The notes beneath the pieces were generated by a model. The model did not search any database, was not told the origin of the DNA, and saw only the letters and a program-made list of their open reading frames with translations. A DNA stretch of 62,364 nucleotides, the filler included. It is 11 parts of 11 records of this genome, joined end to end, with 100 filler letters (N's around TTAATTAATTAA, not from the genome) between each part and the next. Parts side by side here need not be neighbours in the genome. Positions count along the whole stretch, not along the records: positions 45,134 to 51,757 come from SRR7504441_8124; positions 51,858 to 56,775 come from SRR7504441_8125; positions 56,876 to 62,364 come from SRR7504441_8126; 8 more parts are not named here. One strand, 5' to 3'. Position numbers and translations under genes: made by a program. Positions 46,425 through 58,715 of this stretch are shown piece after piece; position 1 is the first letter of the stretch; each line of letters opens with the position of its first letter.

Positions 46425-48777
46425 ATGAAGCGTTCACTGGACGACGACGAGCTCCGTGAGCAGTGCGGCGGGCCATCCGCGGGCGAGCAGGAGCCCGGGC
46501 CAGGTGGGCCGGCTGGGACCCCAACCCGCGCACCCGGGAAGCCGTGGCCAAGGGCGCCCCGATGGACCCGAGGCTGACGTTCGGGACCGCCGGGCTGCGA
46601 GGGCCGATGGTGTGCTGCCCGGGGCCGGGGGGCGAGCCGAGGTGCAGGCCCCGGGTTCGGGCGGGATGAACGACCTGGTGGTGCTCCAGACCGCCCAGGG
46701 GCTCTGCCGGTACCTCCAGCAAGCCTGCCCCGAGGCGGCCGAGCCCCAGGTCGTCATCGGGGCCGACCACCGTGCCAGCGACGAGTGTGACGCGCCCGGG
46801 CCGGGGCCGAGCTCAAGAGGGGCAGGGGGGCTCTCGTCGGTCCGGTTCGCTCAGTACACCGCGGCCGTGGTCCGGCGGGCCGGGATGCGGCCTGTGCTGC
46901 TGGACGGGCTGGTGCCCACCCCGCTGCTGGCGTTCGCCACCAAGACGCTGCCTCGGGCGGTGGCGGGGGTGATGGTGGGTGGGGCAGGCGGCCGTGGGCT
47001 GACCCGGTGCAGGTGACCGCCAGCCACAACCCGGCTGCCGACAATGGCTACAAGGCTCGCCCCGCGCTGGCCGCGAGCCAGTCTGTGGGCAGGTATACTG
47101 GGGGCGGGGTGTGCAGATCACCCCGCCGCACGACAAGGGGATCGCCGGCGCCATCGCCGACAATCTGGAGCCGTGGGGCGAGTACGATCTAAGCGCGGAG
47201 CAGCCGGACGTGGAGCAGACTGCCCAGCTGGCGACAGCTTACTATGCCGCCATCAAGAAGAGCCTGTGCCGGGGTGCTCGGGGGGTTGACCCGGCAGCCG
47301 AGCCAGGGCAGGTGTGGCGGGGGCCGGGCCCAAGATCGTGTACACGGCAATGCACGGGGTGCTGCCCTGGGGCGACCGGCACTCACTGGAACACAGGTCG
47401 GGTTGCCGTGGGTAGTCCGCTCGTTCGAAAGCTTCGGGCTTCCTCAATTCGAGACTGAGCCCAGCCAGTGCCAGCCGGACCCCAGTTTCCCCACTGTGCG
47501 GTTCCCGAATCCTGAGGAGAAGGGTGCGATGGACTTGGCGATGGCGAGGGCCGACCATCTGGAGGCCAAGCTGGTGATGGCCAACGATCCGGATGCGGAC
47601 CGGCTAGCCGTTGCCGAGCGGGCAGCCGACGGCAGCTGGCGGGTGTTCTCCGGGAACGAGATAGGTCTGCGGTGATCTGTTGCCTGCAGTTGAGGCGGCC
47701 GGCAGGCGCTCTGCTGGCACACTGGATGCTTCAGGGCTGGTCCGGACCCACAGACAAGGCGAGACTACGGGCGAGCGTGGGGCGAGCGCGGTGTGCAGGT
47801 GGCGATGCTGGCCTCCACGGTGAGCTCCAAGCTGCTCAAGTCGATGGCGCGCAGCGAGGGCTTCAGGCGCGCTGCCCAGCCGGCTGGCTGAGCGCACTGG
47901 CAGGTTTGAAGAGACTCTCACGGGCTTCAAGTGGCTCGGCCGACGGGCCGACGAGCTGCGCTCCGAGGTGGCACTCGGCCGCTCGTGCCGGAGTGGTCGC
48001 AGGGTTACAGTGTGTTGTTTGCATTCGAAGAAGCGATTGGCTTCATGTGCGGCGATGTGGTGTCGGACAAGGATGGCGTCTCAGCGGCCGGTGCCGGTCC
48101 TCCGGGCTCGGGCTAAGTCGAGCCGCAGCTGTGTTCGCCGAGATGGCCGGGGCTTGCTACCTTGCAGTCGGCTCAGTGCAAGCCCAACTGCAGGCACAAG
48201 CCAGATAAGAGCCCCCGGCCAGCTAGTGGCTGTCAGGCGATTTGTGACAAGTACGGCGAATTTGTGAGCTGCAACGGTTATTACTTTTGCCACGACCCCG
48301 AGGCCAGCCAGCTGCGGGCTGCGGCCCCTGATCTGGCGTAGGTGGCCAAGGCGATTGTTGCCAGCTGGCGGCTCGAGCAGGGGAAGTACCTTGAGCAAGT
48401 GGCCGGGTATGCTGTTGAGGCAGTTAGGGACCTTGGCCCTGGCAACTACGACAGCTCCGCCGCCGACGGCCGGCCGAGCCTGCCAAACTCAAACAGCTCA
48501 CCGATGGTCACATTCACGTTTGCTAATGGGACGGTAAGAGCCCCTCGAGGCTGGCCGATTGGCGGCAGGTGGCTACGTTCAGGACTTCGGGGACAGAGCC
48601 CAAGTTCAAGTGCGAGCCTTGCAGGGCGGGCTAGTGACGGGGGGCAGGTACTACATAGAGATGGCCGGGCAGCCCGGCGTGCCACGGTCAACTGTCCAAG
48701 CCGAACTTGATAAGATGACCCCGGCGATTCTGGAGGCGCTAATTCAGCCCGAGAAGAACGGGCTGCAAGCGCCTTGA
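46425..48777 (+). CDS. PGM2: Phosphoglucomutase/phosphopentomutase of PGM2 type, 16 introns
   Basis: FGTAGLRG, VM|VTASHNP (phospho-Ser), VYTAMHG|VG, FPNPEE, ANDPDADR, FEETLTGFKW, FAFEEAIG, DKDGVSA, RTSGTEPKFK|YY; continuous frame recovered with 16 introns of 35-43 nt. Confidence 0.94.
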
Positions 48778-49110
48778 AACTGCATAGTTACCGTGGTGCG
48801 TGCTGACTGCGTGCGGATGCTGAACTATCGATTGACAGCTACAATACCTTTTGATGACATATAAATGGCCGAACAGTGGCGATAGAGCCTAGCTGCCATT
48901 GAAAATTTGAAAAGTTGGCCATGGGTCCGAGGCTCCAAGCTGCTGTTTTGTCGGAGTACATAGTCCCAACGGCAGGCTCGCTCCAGAAACTGAAGAGAAG
49001 AGAGCCTCAGTCAGTCTGTCTGATCCACTTGATGCAGTGACAGTCGTACGGTACCTGGTATACAGCAGACTCGAGACCGTTGCTGTCCTTCACTGGCTCA
49101 CAGCTCTGCG

Positions 49111-51757
49111 ATGAGCCTGCGGGTGGCGCTGCGGCGTTCAGAGTTCGAATATGCCCTGCAGGCAATCGAGCCCGGTCCATCCGAATCGCCGCCGCCCGGG
49201 ATGGAGGATCCGTCGTCAACCGAGGACACCGCGGCAGAGCCCATCGCTCTGCCAGCGAGCAGCGACTGGAAGATGGAGGAGCGTCGGTCGCTGGAGGGCG
49301 CGGCAGGGTTATCGACCCAGACGTCCGAGCGCGCCACCGGTGTCAAATTTGGGGCGGCGGGCGCGCAGGAGTTGTCGGTGGGTGCGGAGATCATCGTGCT
49401 GGATGAGAAGACCGGAGCGCACAGGGAGGCGACCATCGTGAGCCTGGGCAAGAAGGAGATGTCCCATCTGGTGTGCGTCCGGTTCGCCGACGCCCCGGAG
49501 AAGACTCGCTGGACCAAGCGGACCAACACGTCTGTGCCCACGACCGGCAGTCCCAACAAGTGCAGCGGGAGCCGAATCTCTCCCCAGGGTGGACGGCCTG
49601 AAGCGATGAATGAGATCCTGGGGTCCTGCCCCATAGTTGAGCCCACTTCCCCGGCAGTCCCCTGCCAACGCACAGATGGTCCGGACAGCGGCCCCTGTCA
49701 AGACTTGGATGATTCGCGCAAGTTCCGGCCATTCATCAAGCGGAACTTCCGCCAGTTCGGGGAGGCGCTGAGCTTCGTGCGCTCTCAGGGGCTGCATGGC
49801 AAGAAGGCTTGGTACGAGTGGAGCAAGAGCTGCGCCAGGCCCACCGACATCCCGTCCAATCCGCAGGTGGTCTATGGGACAGAGTGGCAGAGCTGGGGGC
49901 ACTGGCTGGGGACTGGCTCGGTTGCCGCCGGCTTCACACGGGCATTCAGGCCGTTTGAGCTGGCGTTGGTTTTCGCCCGCTCTCTGAAGCTGCCGGATTC
50001 AGTGGCTTGGTACGAGTGGAGCGAGAGCTCCGCCAGGCCGACCGACATTCCGAGCAACCCGTCTCAGATTTACAGCAATGCAGGCTGGCAGAACTGGGGG
50101 CACTGGCTGGGGACTGGTGCGGTATTGCCACGGAAGGTTCAGTTCCGGTCCTTCGCGGAGGCGTTGGTTTTCGCCCGCTCGCTCAACCTGCCCACGGAGA
50201 AAGCATGGAAACAGTGGGCCAAAACAGCTGAGAAGCCTGTCGATATTCCAGCCTCGCCCGCCTGTTTCTATTTGAGCAAGGGCTGGCAGGGCTGGAGGCA
50301 TTGGCTGGGCACCGCGACAGACGTCCAGCTAGCTAAAAGGGCGAAGGTCGGTGAGGCTACAGGCCGGTTCGTGTGCTTCAGGGAGGCGCTGCAGTTTGCC
50401 CATTCGCTCAAGCTGCAGGGCAAAGCTGCATGGGTCGAGTACTGCCGGACAGGGAGCAGGCCTTCCAATATTCCGAGCCACCCGGAGACCACCTATCATG
50501 AGGAGTGGATGAGCTGGGGGCACTGGCTCGGAACGAACACAGAGGCCACTCAAATAACGAAAAGAGCCAAGCTCCGGCCATTCAGCGAGGCGTTGAGCTT
50601 TGCTCGGTCGCTGGGGCTGAAAAGCAAAATGGCGTATCGGGAGTGGAGCAAGAGCAGTGCCAGGCCTCACGACATTCCGTCCAACCCGGATGAGACCTTT
50701 GTAGGCGAGGGCTGGCAGAACTGGCCTCACTTTCTAGGGACTGGGCGTGCATCTCTTAAAGGCAAAATTCCCAAGGGAAACTTCCTGCCCTTCGCTGAGG
50801 CAGTGGCGTTTGCCCGATCGCTGGGGCTGCCTAGCCAGATAGCCTGGAAGAAGTGGAGCGTGCAACACAGGCCTGCCGGCATTCCATCGCACCCCGAGTA
50901 CGTGTACAGCAAGAAAGGCTGGGAGGGCTGGCCTCACTGGCTAGGGACTGGGCCGCACAGTAGAGCCCTGGTAGTCAAAACGCAATGGCGCTCGTACCCG
51001 GAGGCGCTGAGCTTAGCCCGCTCTCTCAAGCTCAAAACCCGCGCGGCATGGTTCGACTGGTGTGGAACCAGCGCCAAGCCCAACGACATCCCAAGAGACC
51101 CGAACGAGGCCTATGCGTCTGAGGGCTGGCGGACCTGGGGAACCTGGCTTGGCACCGGCTGGGGGGGAGACCTAGGAGGGGAAGCTGGGGGCCCTCAGAA
51201 GGACATTCGGCCGTTTGCCGAGGCACTGAGCTTTGCTCGTTCTCTGAAGCTGGAGTCAATGACAGCATGGCACAAATGGTTCAGAGCAGAAAGGCCAGCC
51301 GACTTGCCTGCAGACCCGAGCCACAGCTATCATGGTGAAGGCTGGCAAGGATGGGGTCATTTTCTGGGGACGAGTAATGTAGCCGCATGGAAACATGAAC
51401 GTCGGCCTTTTGCTCAGGCGGTGGTGTTGGCCCGCTCTCTCGGGTTGCAGAGTCGAAGAGCGTGGAAGCAGTGGAGCAGTAGTGGCAAAAGGCCACCCGA
51501 CATTCCATCGCACCCGGAGGATTATTACAAGGACAAAGGCTGGGAGAGCTGGAGTCACTGGTTGGGGGCTCCTGTAGTCACTGAGAAGCACTTCCGGCCA
51601 TTCGATGAGGCGCTGAGCTATGCTATTTCGCTCAGACTGCCAAGTCATAATGCATGGAGAGCGTGGAGCACTAGTAGCGCGAGGCCTGAGGACATTCCCT
51701 CTTGTCCGAATCGGACATACAGTAATAAGGGCTGGCAGAGCTGGGGGCACTGGCTGG
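49111..51757 (+). CDS. Protein with a Tudor/chromo-barrel-like N-terminal domain and at least 10 tandem Trp-rich 'integrase-repeat' units; intronless; 3' truncated
   Basis: LSVGAEIIVLDEKTGAHREATIVSL..VCVRF; repeat consensus FRPFxEALxFARSLxLxxxxAWxxWxxSxxRPxDIPSxPxxxYxxxGWxxWGHWLGT from 49747 to the spacer. Confidence 0.85.
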
Positions 51758-51857
51758 NNNNNNNNNNNNNNNNNNNNNNNNNNNNNNNNNNNNNNNNNNN
51801 NTTAATTAATTAANNNNNNNNNNNNNNNNNNNNNNNNNNNNNNNNNNNNNNNNNNNN
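51758..51857. other. Artificial contig spacer
   Basis: 44 N + TTAATTAATTAA + 44 N. Confidence 0.98.
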
Positions 51858-54379
51858 GGGCTAGCACTGTATCAGCACTTTGGGATTGTTCCAACTCAGA
51901 AACGATCGGTGACTCCTGACTTGTTCAAATTACTGCCCCAACAAGGCAAACTCCGTGTGGTCACAAGCCAAGAGCTTTGTGCCGACTTGCAGAGCAATGG
52001 CACCAGTCCAAGGTCCTGGGGTTCAGACTGGCTGGCACAGGGCACATTGGTGTGGGTCAAAATTCAATCTCAGCTTTCTGTAGAGGTGTGGCCCGGTGTT
52101 GTTGCATCAGTCTTGAGTGCTGATGCAGCACTTGCAAAAGTAGAATTATTGGCACCAGCAGCTGGGGTGACAGCTGGAACCGCAGTCTGGCCATTTCGTG
52201 CAGCGTACAAAGCTGTGATGGTACAATTTCGTGAGGATAAACCCGATCCGAGGTGGCAGAGTGCCGTCTCAGCCGCCCTTCAGCTCGAAGATGAGCAAGT
52301 TCAGAAGTCCTATGTCCTCGATAAGAACTTGTGCCGCCGTTTCACAGAATTCGTCCAGGCTCGCCTGGCTGTTGTGGTTGCAGCTATTAAAGAAGAAGTG
52401 GGTCATGACAGCCTTGATATGCAGGATGATACCGACTCTTCAGACTCTGACCAGGACTCTGCAGACATGAGTGAGGAATCTCGCGCTATCAGTGACATCT
52501 TGGGTAATCTGGTGTGGTTGGACACTGTAGAGCAATGTGCTGTCTGCAATGAAAGTCTGCGCCTAGACCACTTCGCTCCAGACCAAATCTTTCGCAAAGA
52601 GCGAGGCACAAGGTGCTGCCTCACCTGCTCACAGCGTTCATTACATACTAGCGAAAATCAGGAAAAGGATCTGACCATCCAGCCAACTCTGTTGAGCTCA
52701 TCAGCAGCGTCTGCAGTTCAGCTTCTCTGTCGACCGCTGGTGAGGATCACTCTCAAGACCTTGTTTCAGGGTCACACTGTTCTGGTGTGCACAAACAAAG
52801 CAGTGCAAGCAACGCAGCAATGGCCAGTTGCACAGCAGCAGGTAATCGTGAATTGGTCCACCATGCTGAAGGCATGCGGATTTGCCAAAGATAGGGAACT
52901 ATGGGATGCTTTGGACCACTTCGACATAGACGAAAAGGAGGGAGTCATCCACCTGTCCAAGCTAGGCATGGCCGGTGGGCATCCAGCGCGCAGACTGCTG
53001 GAAAGGCTTGGCCTGCGAAAGAAAGGACTAGAAGGCGAAGGGAATCGGACGGACATGTTTTTTGTGTTGCCCGACGTACTTCCACTGGGGTCTGGGACTC
53101 GTGGCATGCAAGAATTGGGACGTCAAGTCTCGTCGATTGGCGTAATAGCCGGTGATTCACTCAGGGGTTAGGATTTCGCGTTTCTTATTGTTGGGTCAGG
53201 TGATCAGGAACTGCTGCAGCTTACTGAGATCCTCACCGACGGGGGGAGCAGCACTGACGTTGCTCAGGCTTTTGTGCAAATGAGTGCCGCGCAGCAGCGC
53301 ACTCTTGCGAATCGGATGATGCAGGAACTACAATGTGCTGACGACGACCTGATGCATTGTCCTCAATACACACAGGTTTTGGCTGCACTCGGCTTCCCTG
53401 CAGTGTTCGACATCCCTCATTATCCGCATCCTCTCAAGTGTCACCGGCTATGCCGCCGCCAAATTTGTCCGGCTTGTCTTATGTGCACTGGTCACCCCAA
53501 AGCTCACTGCGTAGGAATTCACCAGAATGGAAATCTATGTTGCGAAAAGGCGGAAATGAACACCCCAATATCCGAACTGTCGTGGTGGATTCCAGGGATA
53601 GACGTTGAGCTTCTCGACGCAGCTGCGGTGCTTTGCGCCGCATACACTCGGGGTTTGATCGCTTGTTGTGTCAAGGTGGATGGTTTAAACAACAAGCCAA
53701 GGCTGCTGGTAATACCATGTGGCTCGAATGTGACTGAAGCTGGCTGTGCAGATGCGGGACAGAGCTCGAAGTTCTGGGACTCAGGTGGATGCATAAGGTC
53801 AAGACAGGGCTGAATATATTTTGCAGGAAGCAGGGAATGACGAGGGTGAGCTGGGTACAAGTAGGAGGAAGAGGCATAAGCGACTTAAGAGCGCGTATGA
53901 GCTATTTCTGAATGACTGGAAGAAGCAATGGAGGAAGGATCATCAAGGTGTCCCTCTTGATGAGACAGAAGTTCGGTAAGCCATGCTCGCATACCCACAT
54001 GAGAGAAGTTACAGGCGCACTGGTCGTGATGAGTGGGCACGGCTTGGGGAGGAAGACCAGAAGCCCTATCATGACCAGGTCAAAACAATCAATGAAAAGA
54101 TCCTCGAGGAGCGAGCAGAGATCAAAGCCAAGGAAGAAGCTCAAAAGGGTGCAATTCAGCTACAAGAAAAGGTCGTGTATTTTAGCACAAGGGTTTGTTG
54201 GTCTATTTTGATAGCGTGCTGTGCAGCTGCTGAATCCCTGCAACGATCAGATCTTTGTGAGCGGGCCGTTAGTTGGTGAAGGCGCCTGTGACTCACAAGA
54301 TCTAGACCAAACGACTACAGTGTTTGAAGGCGTGAGTGAACTGCTGAAGAATGTGGGCCCGTTAAACTTGAGCGCGTAA
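51858..54379 (+). CDS. Putative chromatin protein, 5' truncated: PWWP-like domain + C4 Zn finger + Cys-rich region + HMG box
   Basis: GTLVWVKIQ..WPGVV..WQSAVSAAL (PWWP-like); CAVC..LDHFAPDQ..RCCLTC; KRLKSAYELFLNDW..EWARLGEEDQKPY (HMG-like). Exon joins partly inferred. Confidence 0.6.
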
Positions 54380-54641
54380 TATATAAGGTAGTAGAATAGA
54401 CAGTTTAACAATACTGCGGGAGTAAGCCCTCCTAGTAGCGCTACTCCTAGTAGGCGCTCACCACCTGATTGCTAAACAACCGAATCCAAATCTGACCACT
54501 TCACGGGCTGCGAAGAGCGCTCGCCAAGGTGACGCCATGCTCTACTGCGGTTTCGCTCTTGATCTTCAGCTGAAACTCATCTCGCGCTGCAGTCACAATA
54601 GCACACTGTCAGTAGGGACCCTACCTATTGGCTACAGCAGG

Positions 54642-55177
54642 CTAGCATACACTTGCAAGTTGCGCGGCAGGCTCACCTTGGCGCAGCCCGCCTATCGGTG
54701 CTGTGGCGAGACGTGCCCGCTCGAGCCGCCGGCGCGCATCCTCCATTGCTAGTAGCGTGGTCCGGTCTTTGTACACATACGGCGTGGTGAGGTGCGCCTG
54801 CTCCTTGAGGGCGTCCATGTCCCTGACCCGCTGCTCCATCTTTTGCTGAATCCGCAGCTGCAGCGAGCTGCTCGCGGGCCGACTCATTTCGGGCACCCCA
54901 GCCGAGCTGACCCGGACAGCGTGGTCCATGTTCAGTTGCGAGCTGGTGGGCACGCACGGCTGCAGGTAGCTCACAGCGGGCCACTGAGGCGAATCCAGCC
55001 CGGTGCCGAACAGGTACTGGGCGCGCTTGGCCTTAATATCGGAGGCCATCTGAGAGAAGTGCTTCTGCCTGGCCACATCAGCCCGTGCCAGGGACTGGAT
55101 GGTATACCCAGCCACCTACCCACCCCAGTGAGCGGCTCGCAAGCTGCCAGCACCCTCACCCAATCCTTCTGGGCCAT
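54642..55177 (-). CDS. Hypothetical helical protein (at least one intron)
   Basis: MAQKDW joined by a 44-nt GT-AG intron to VAGYTIQSLARADVARQKHF... Confidence 0.5.
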
Positions 55178-55205
55178 GTTCTCTGCAACGGTCGACAAGG
55201 TCCGG

Positions 55206-55802
55206 ATGGCTGGATCGGCGTGGGTGCTGCACATTGCGCTGTTCTCCGGCGTGTGTGCCTTCTCGCCAGGGCTCGTGCTGCTATGGTCTGTGCCACTTGC
55301 GTGCCCTGTGCCTGGTCGGGTGAGGCTTGGCCTGCAGCGCGGGCTTCTGGTGTCTGCGCACGCCGGGCTCGCCGGTGTGCATGGGCGGCGGCGTGGACAC
55401 CGGGGTGGCCACCATATCAGTGGGCATGGGGATGCTGGCTGGCGGCTCCACCTGCTTTGCGGCCTCCTATGCCATGCGGCGCCGTCGCACTCTGCAGGTG
55501 CGCGCCGGTCGCCCGGGCTCGAGCTGCGGTGCGCAGGTTTCAAATCTGCCCGAGTGCGTCGAGCTGCTAGTGGGCACTGTCTGCCTAGCTGTGGGCGCTG
55601 CGACGCTGGGGTTTGGGCGGCTGTGCCTGCGTGACGTGCACCTTGGAGCGTGCTACCATACGACCGGTGCGGCAGCCAGTAGCCAAATGTGTTACTGTCT
55701 GCTGTAGCCATCACCATCGTGACTGCGGGCGCAAGTATGCTGTGGATTGGGGTGTTACTGACACTCACGTTCGGGTGGTGGCGCCGCACCAGCCAGCGCT
55801 GA
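55206..55802 (+). CDS. Small multi-TM protein, multi-intron
   Basis: Hydrophobic exons MAGSAWVLHIALFS, VATISVGMGMLAGGSTCFAAS, LLVGTVCLAVGAATLGFG, ITIVTAGASMLWIGVLLTLTFGWWRR..*. Confidence 0.5.
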
Positions 55803-56252
55803 GCCTGCGGCAGGTACCTAGTAAACGAGGGCGGCGGCGCTCCACACACGGTAGATTGTCCCTCAGTCTGCCACCTGAGTGGTGCCGCCCAGTGGCATGC
55901 GTCAGGGTATGAGAGGGAGTGGGACTTGGAGGCAGACGGTCCTGACCACTACAACATGGGTGAATATCCCTAGTGTGTGGTGATGCAAATTTAAGCTTGG
56001 GCTGTTCCCAGGCTTTGATGTTGAGGCTGTAGCACTTGTGCCCCCAACGTCAAAATCAAACTATCGGCGGAGCCACATGGAGGCACGGAATCATAGGAGC
56101 TGACTAAGGTCCCAGGCTAATCGACGATTAAACAGTATTAATAGAGCGTTACTGTAGAACCTATGCGGCATTATACCTAGATCTATCATTCGTGATAATT
56201 ATTCTGATTTATTCATTTTCGAGGGCCTGTAAGTGTTATTACCAGCATGTTC

Positions 56253-56775
56253 TTACCAATTGTCGGAGGTTCCATCGCTCCCCGACGCATTGCCACCGCC
56301 GAACGACATCTCCGTCGTCGACGAGCTCTCAGAGCATACCAACTTTTTATGTCGCGGCACTTGTTGATTTGATTCCGTTATGCGTTCAGCCACGACATCT
56401 TCAAAAAAGAAATCTGCAGATTCCAGCCACTGCGACCAGTAGCGTGGCCCTCGGTTGGTTTGTTGGATTTGAGTCACAGCGTTGGCGAGCACTCCAGCGG
56501 AGGCCACTGCGAGCACCATCCTGGGCGAGGCACACCGGCAAAGTGGGCATCGGTCTTGCACAGCGAGCGCCTGCGTCGCACACTGGTGGTGCATTAAATG
56601 TCCACATCTGAATAACTCTACTCCTTGCAGCACCGCCCCTCGCTCTCCAGCCCGCCACTCTCGGCTCTCCGGCTGCTCGGTCAACCCAAGCGGCTCTATA
56701 CACACACAGCATCGGCGACCTTCTATTCCACGCTCTTCGGCCAGCCGCTGCGCCGCGCCCACAGCCTCGCGCTCA
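56253..56775 (-). CDS. RING-H2 finger protein, 3' part
   Basis: CCVCIEPL..CGHLMHHQC..CPLCR. Confidence 0.8.
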
Positions 56776-56875
56776 NNNNNNNNNNNNNNNNNNNNNNNNN
56801 NNNNNNNNNNNNNNNNNNNTTAATTAATTAANNNNNNNNNNNNNNNNNNNNNNNNNNNNNNNNNNNNNNNNNNNN
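56776..56875. other. Artificial contig spacer
   Basis: 44 N + TTAATTAATTAA + 44 N. Confidence 0.98.
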
Positions 56876-57181
56876 ATCAAATAATTCCAACGGTACTAGG
56901 TTTGATTATCGATAGGACCGCTCCACAACAAAGTTTAAGTGGTGAAAAATTCAAAATTAGCTGCGCTAAAGGGTTAAATCACTCTAGGAACTAATGCCCT
57001 TGTTGTACTCAGCCGCGGAGAAGTGCTTCCCTGTCACTGTCCGTGAATCGCACAATCTGTTGAGTCGAATAGACGATCATCTGCTTCGGTTGGGCTAGGC
57101 CAAAATAGTATTCCGCCCGGGCGCGGCAAAACACAGTCATGGCCTTGGCTTCAGCGTCTGTAATGGTGGTGCCGTCGACCT

Positions 57182-57254
57182 TGCAATAAGTCTCCGTGTG
57201 CCCTGCAATAAGTCCCCGTGTGCCCTGGGGGGGGGTGTTGATCTCCGTGTGCCC
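57182..57254. repeat. Short tandem repeat (22-nt unit x2 plus a partial third copy)
   Basis: tgcaataagtc(t/c)ccgtgtgccc twice, then tctccgtgtgccc after a G run. Confidence 0.7.
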
Positions 57255-57366
57255 TCCATATTTCACGCTCTACTTGGAGCGTTGGACTTCTTAAGAAGTC
57301 GTCGACGACTTTACGGTCGTGGTCGTCGTGCTCCACTCGCTCCGACAGGCCTCACCGACGACACAC

Positions 57367-58715
57367 ATGGCAGCCAGGCCTCCCATCGCCGTGGATCTGG
57401 ATGCTTATCAGCAGAACCCCGTCGTAGCAACGGCGGGAGTATACCCCGCGTTGCCGCCGGCCACGGGCGCGCTCCCGTCGATGGGCGGCGTCAGCGCCTC
57501 GACCCAGCCGCAGGCAGTCGGGAATGGAAACGGCCAGACTGGTGCCGACCTGGATCAGGCCATCTTTGTCGGCATCCCGGCCTCGCCCTCGGAGACGCCC
57601 AGAGACACCCCTAAGGCCACTCCGAGGCAGTTTGGCCACGGCGGCAAGTCGGGGGATACGAAGCGCGACCCGCGGAAAACCACCGTTGTGCTGCTGAGCG
57701 TGGCGGTGGCGGTGCTGGCGGCGCTGCTGATCGCAGTGCTGCTGATGTGGTTGGTGTGGGACCCAACCAACCAGAGCTGCGACGCGGGGGCCGATCAAAA
57801 CGTCGACTCACAGGACTTCATCGAGGCCAAGACCGCGCTGGCCGCCGAGGCGGTCCAGACGGTAGAGCAGCTCGAGCTGCCTGCGCTGGCCAGGATGATG
57901 AAGCCGTTCGTGTCCAACCTGTGGCCGGATCCTGCAGATTACCCCAACTTGCTGCCGCAGTTCAGCCTGAACTTGGCCTGGCTCCGAGTGCTCTACACCA
58001 CCACGCTGCTTCGGAACCTGATCTCAGACAAGGAGGTGCCCCGCAGGCGACTGGCCGGGCTGAGCCGGTCGGCAGACACTGGCCACGATCGATGACATTC
58101 AAATCAAGGGGTTCTCGACTCACATGGCGCTCGGACCGGCTAACTACTATCGGATGCTCGGTCTGGAGTCGAGTGTGGTCAACACGATTGCATGGAAGGA
58201 GAGCGAGCTCGTGGCGATGGAGCTGAAGGGCATGTCGGCCCAGCTGCCCAAAGTGAAGTCCTGGAATTTGGATCGATACTGCTCGCACTGTCAGACCGAG
58301 TGGGAGACTCTGCTAGGGTATGGTAATGCAATCGGTGTGAACATAACCCAGCCGGTCACCGCTATGCACGACTGGTGTATGCGCTCACTAGACGAGGACC
58401 CGGATCACGTGCCCAACCTCGGAGCGCTGGTGCTGCGCGACTGGCTCCAGCACAGGCTCGACTACATGGGCTCAATGTACAAATGCAAAGAGATCTCGGA
58501 TGGGGTGCGCTAGATTCGTTCTCGCCGAGGCTGAGCTGTGCTGGCAGATAATCGAGCATACGATCCTGCATTGGGACTCACTGTTTGCAATCGATGAGAT
58601 GTCAACAATTGATATTAGTTCGATATCGATGGTGCAGGATAAGATCGGCATCATCGCCGGACAGTTTGAGAAATCTGTCCAAGTCCTGGAACGGGTCTCC
58701 CAAATCAGATGCTGA
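57367..58715 (+). CDS. Single-pass (type II-like) membrane protein of unknown function, 2 introns
   Basis: TM VVLLSVAVAVLAALLIAVLLMWLVW; 40-nt and 37-nt GT-AG introns join three frames to the stop at 58715. Confidence 0.6.

Noticed and set aside
46425-48777. Frameshifts and in-frame stops suggesting pseudogenes, recoding or an alternative genetic code
   Set aside because: All are removed by short GT/GC-AG introns that restore conserved motifs exactly.
49747-51757. CRISPR array or integrated virus
   Set aside because: The repeats are degenerate in-frame protein repeats; no constant DNA repeat-spacer pattern and no integrase, capsid or cas gene.
49111-54379. Repeat protein and PWWP/HMG protein as one gene or cluster; GH78, GH28 and GH35 as a polysaccharide cluster
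   Set aside because: They are separated by artificial spacers, so adjacency is not evidence.
57009-57336. Two short minus-strand ORFs around a 22-nt repeat
   Set aside because: No recognisable motif and no convincing splice model.
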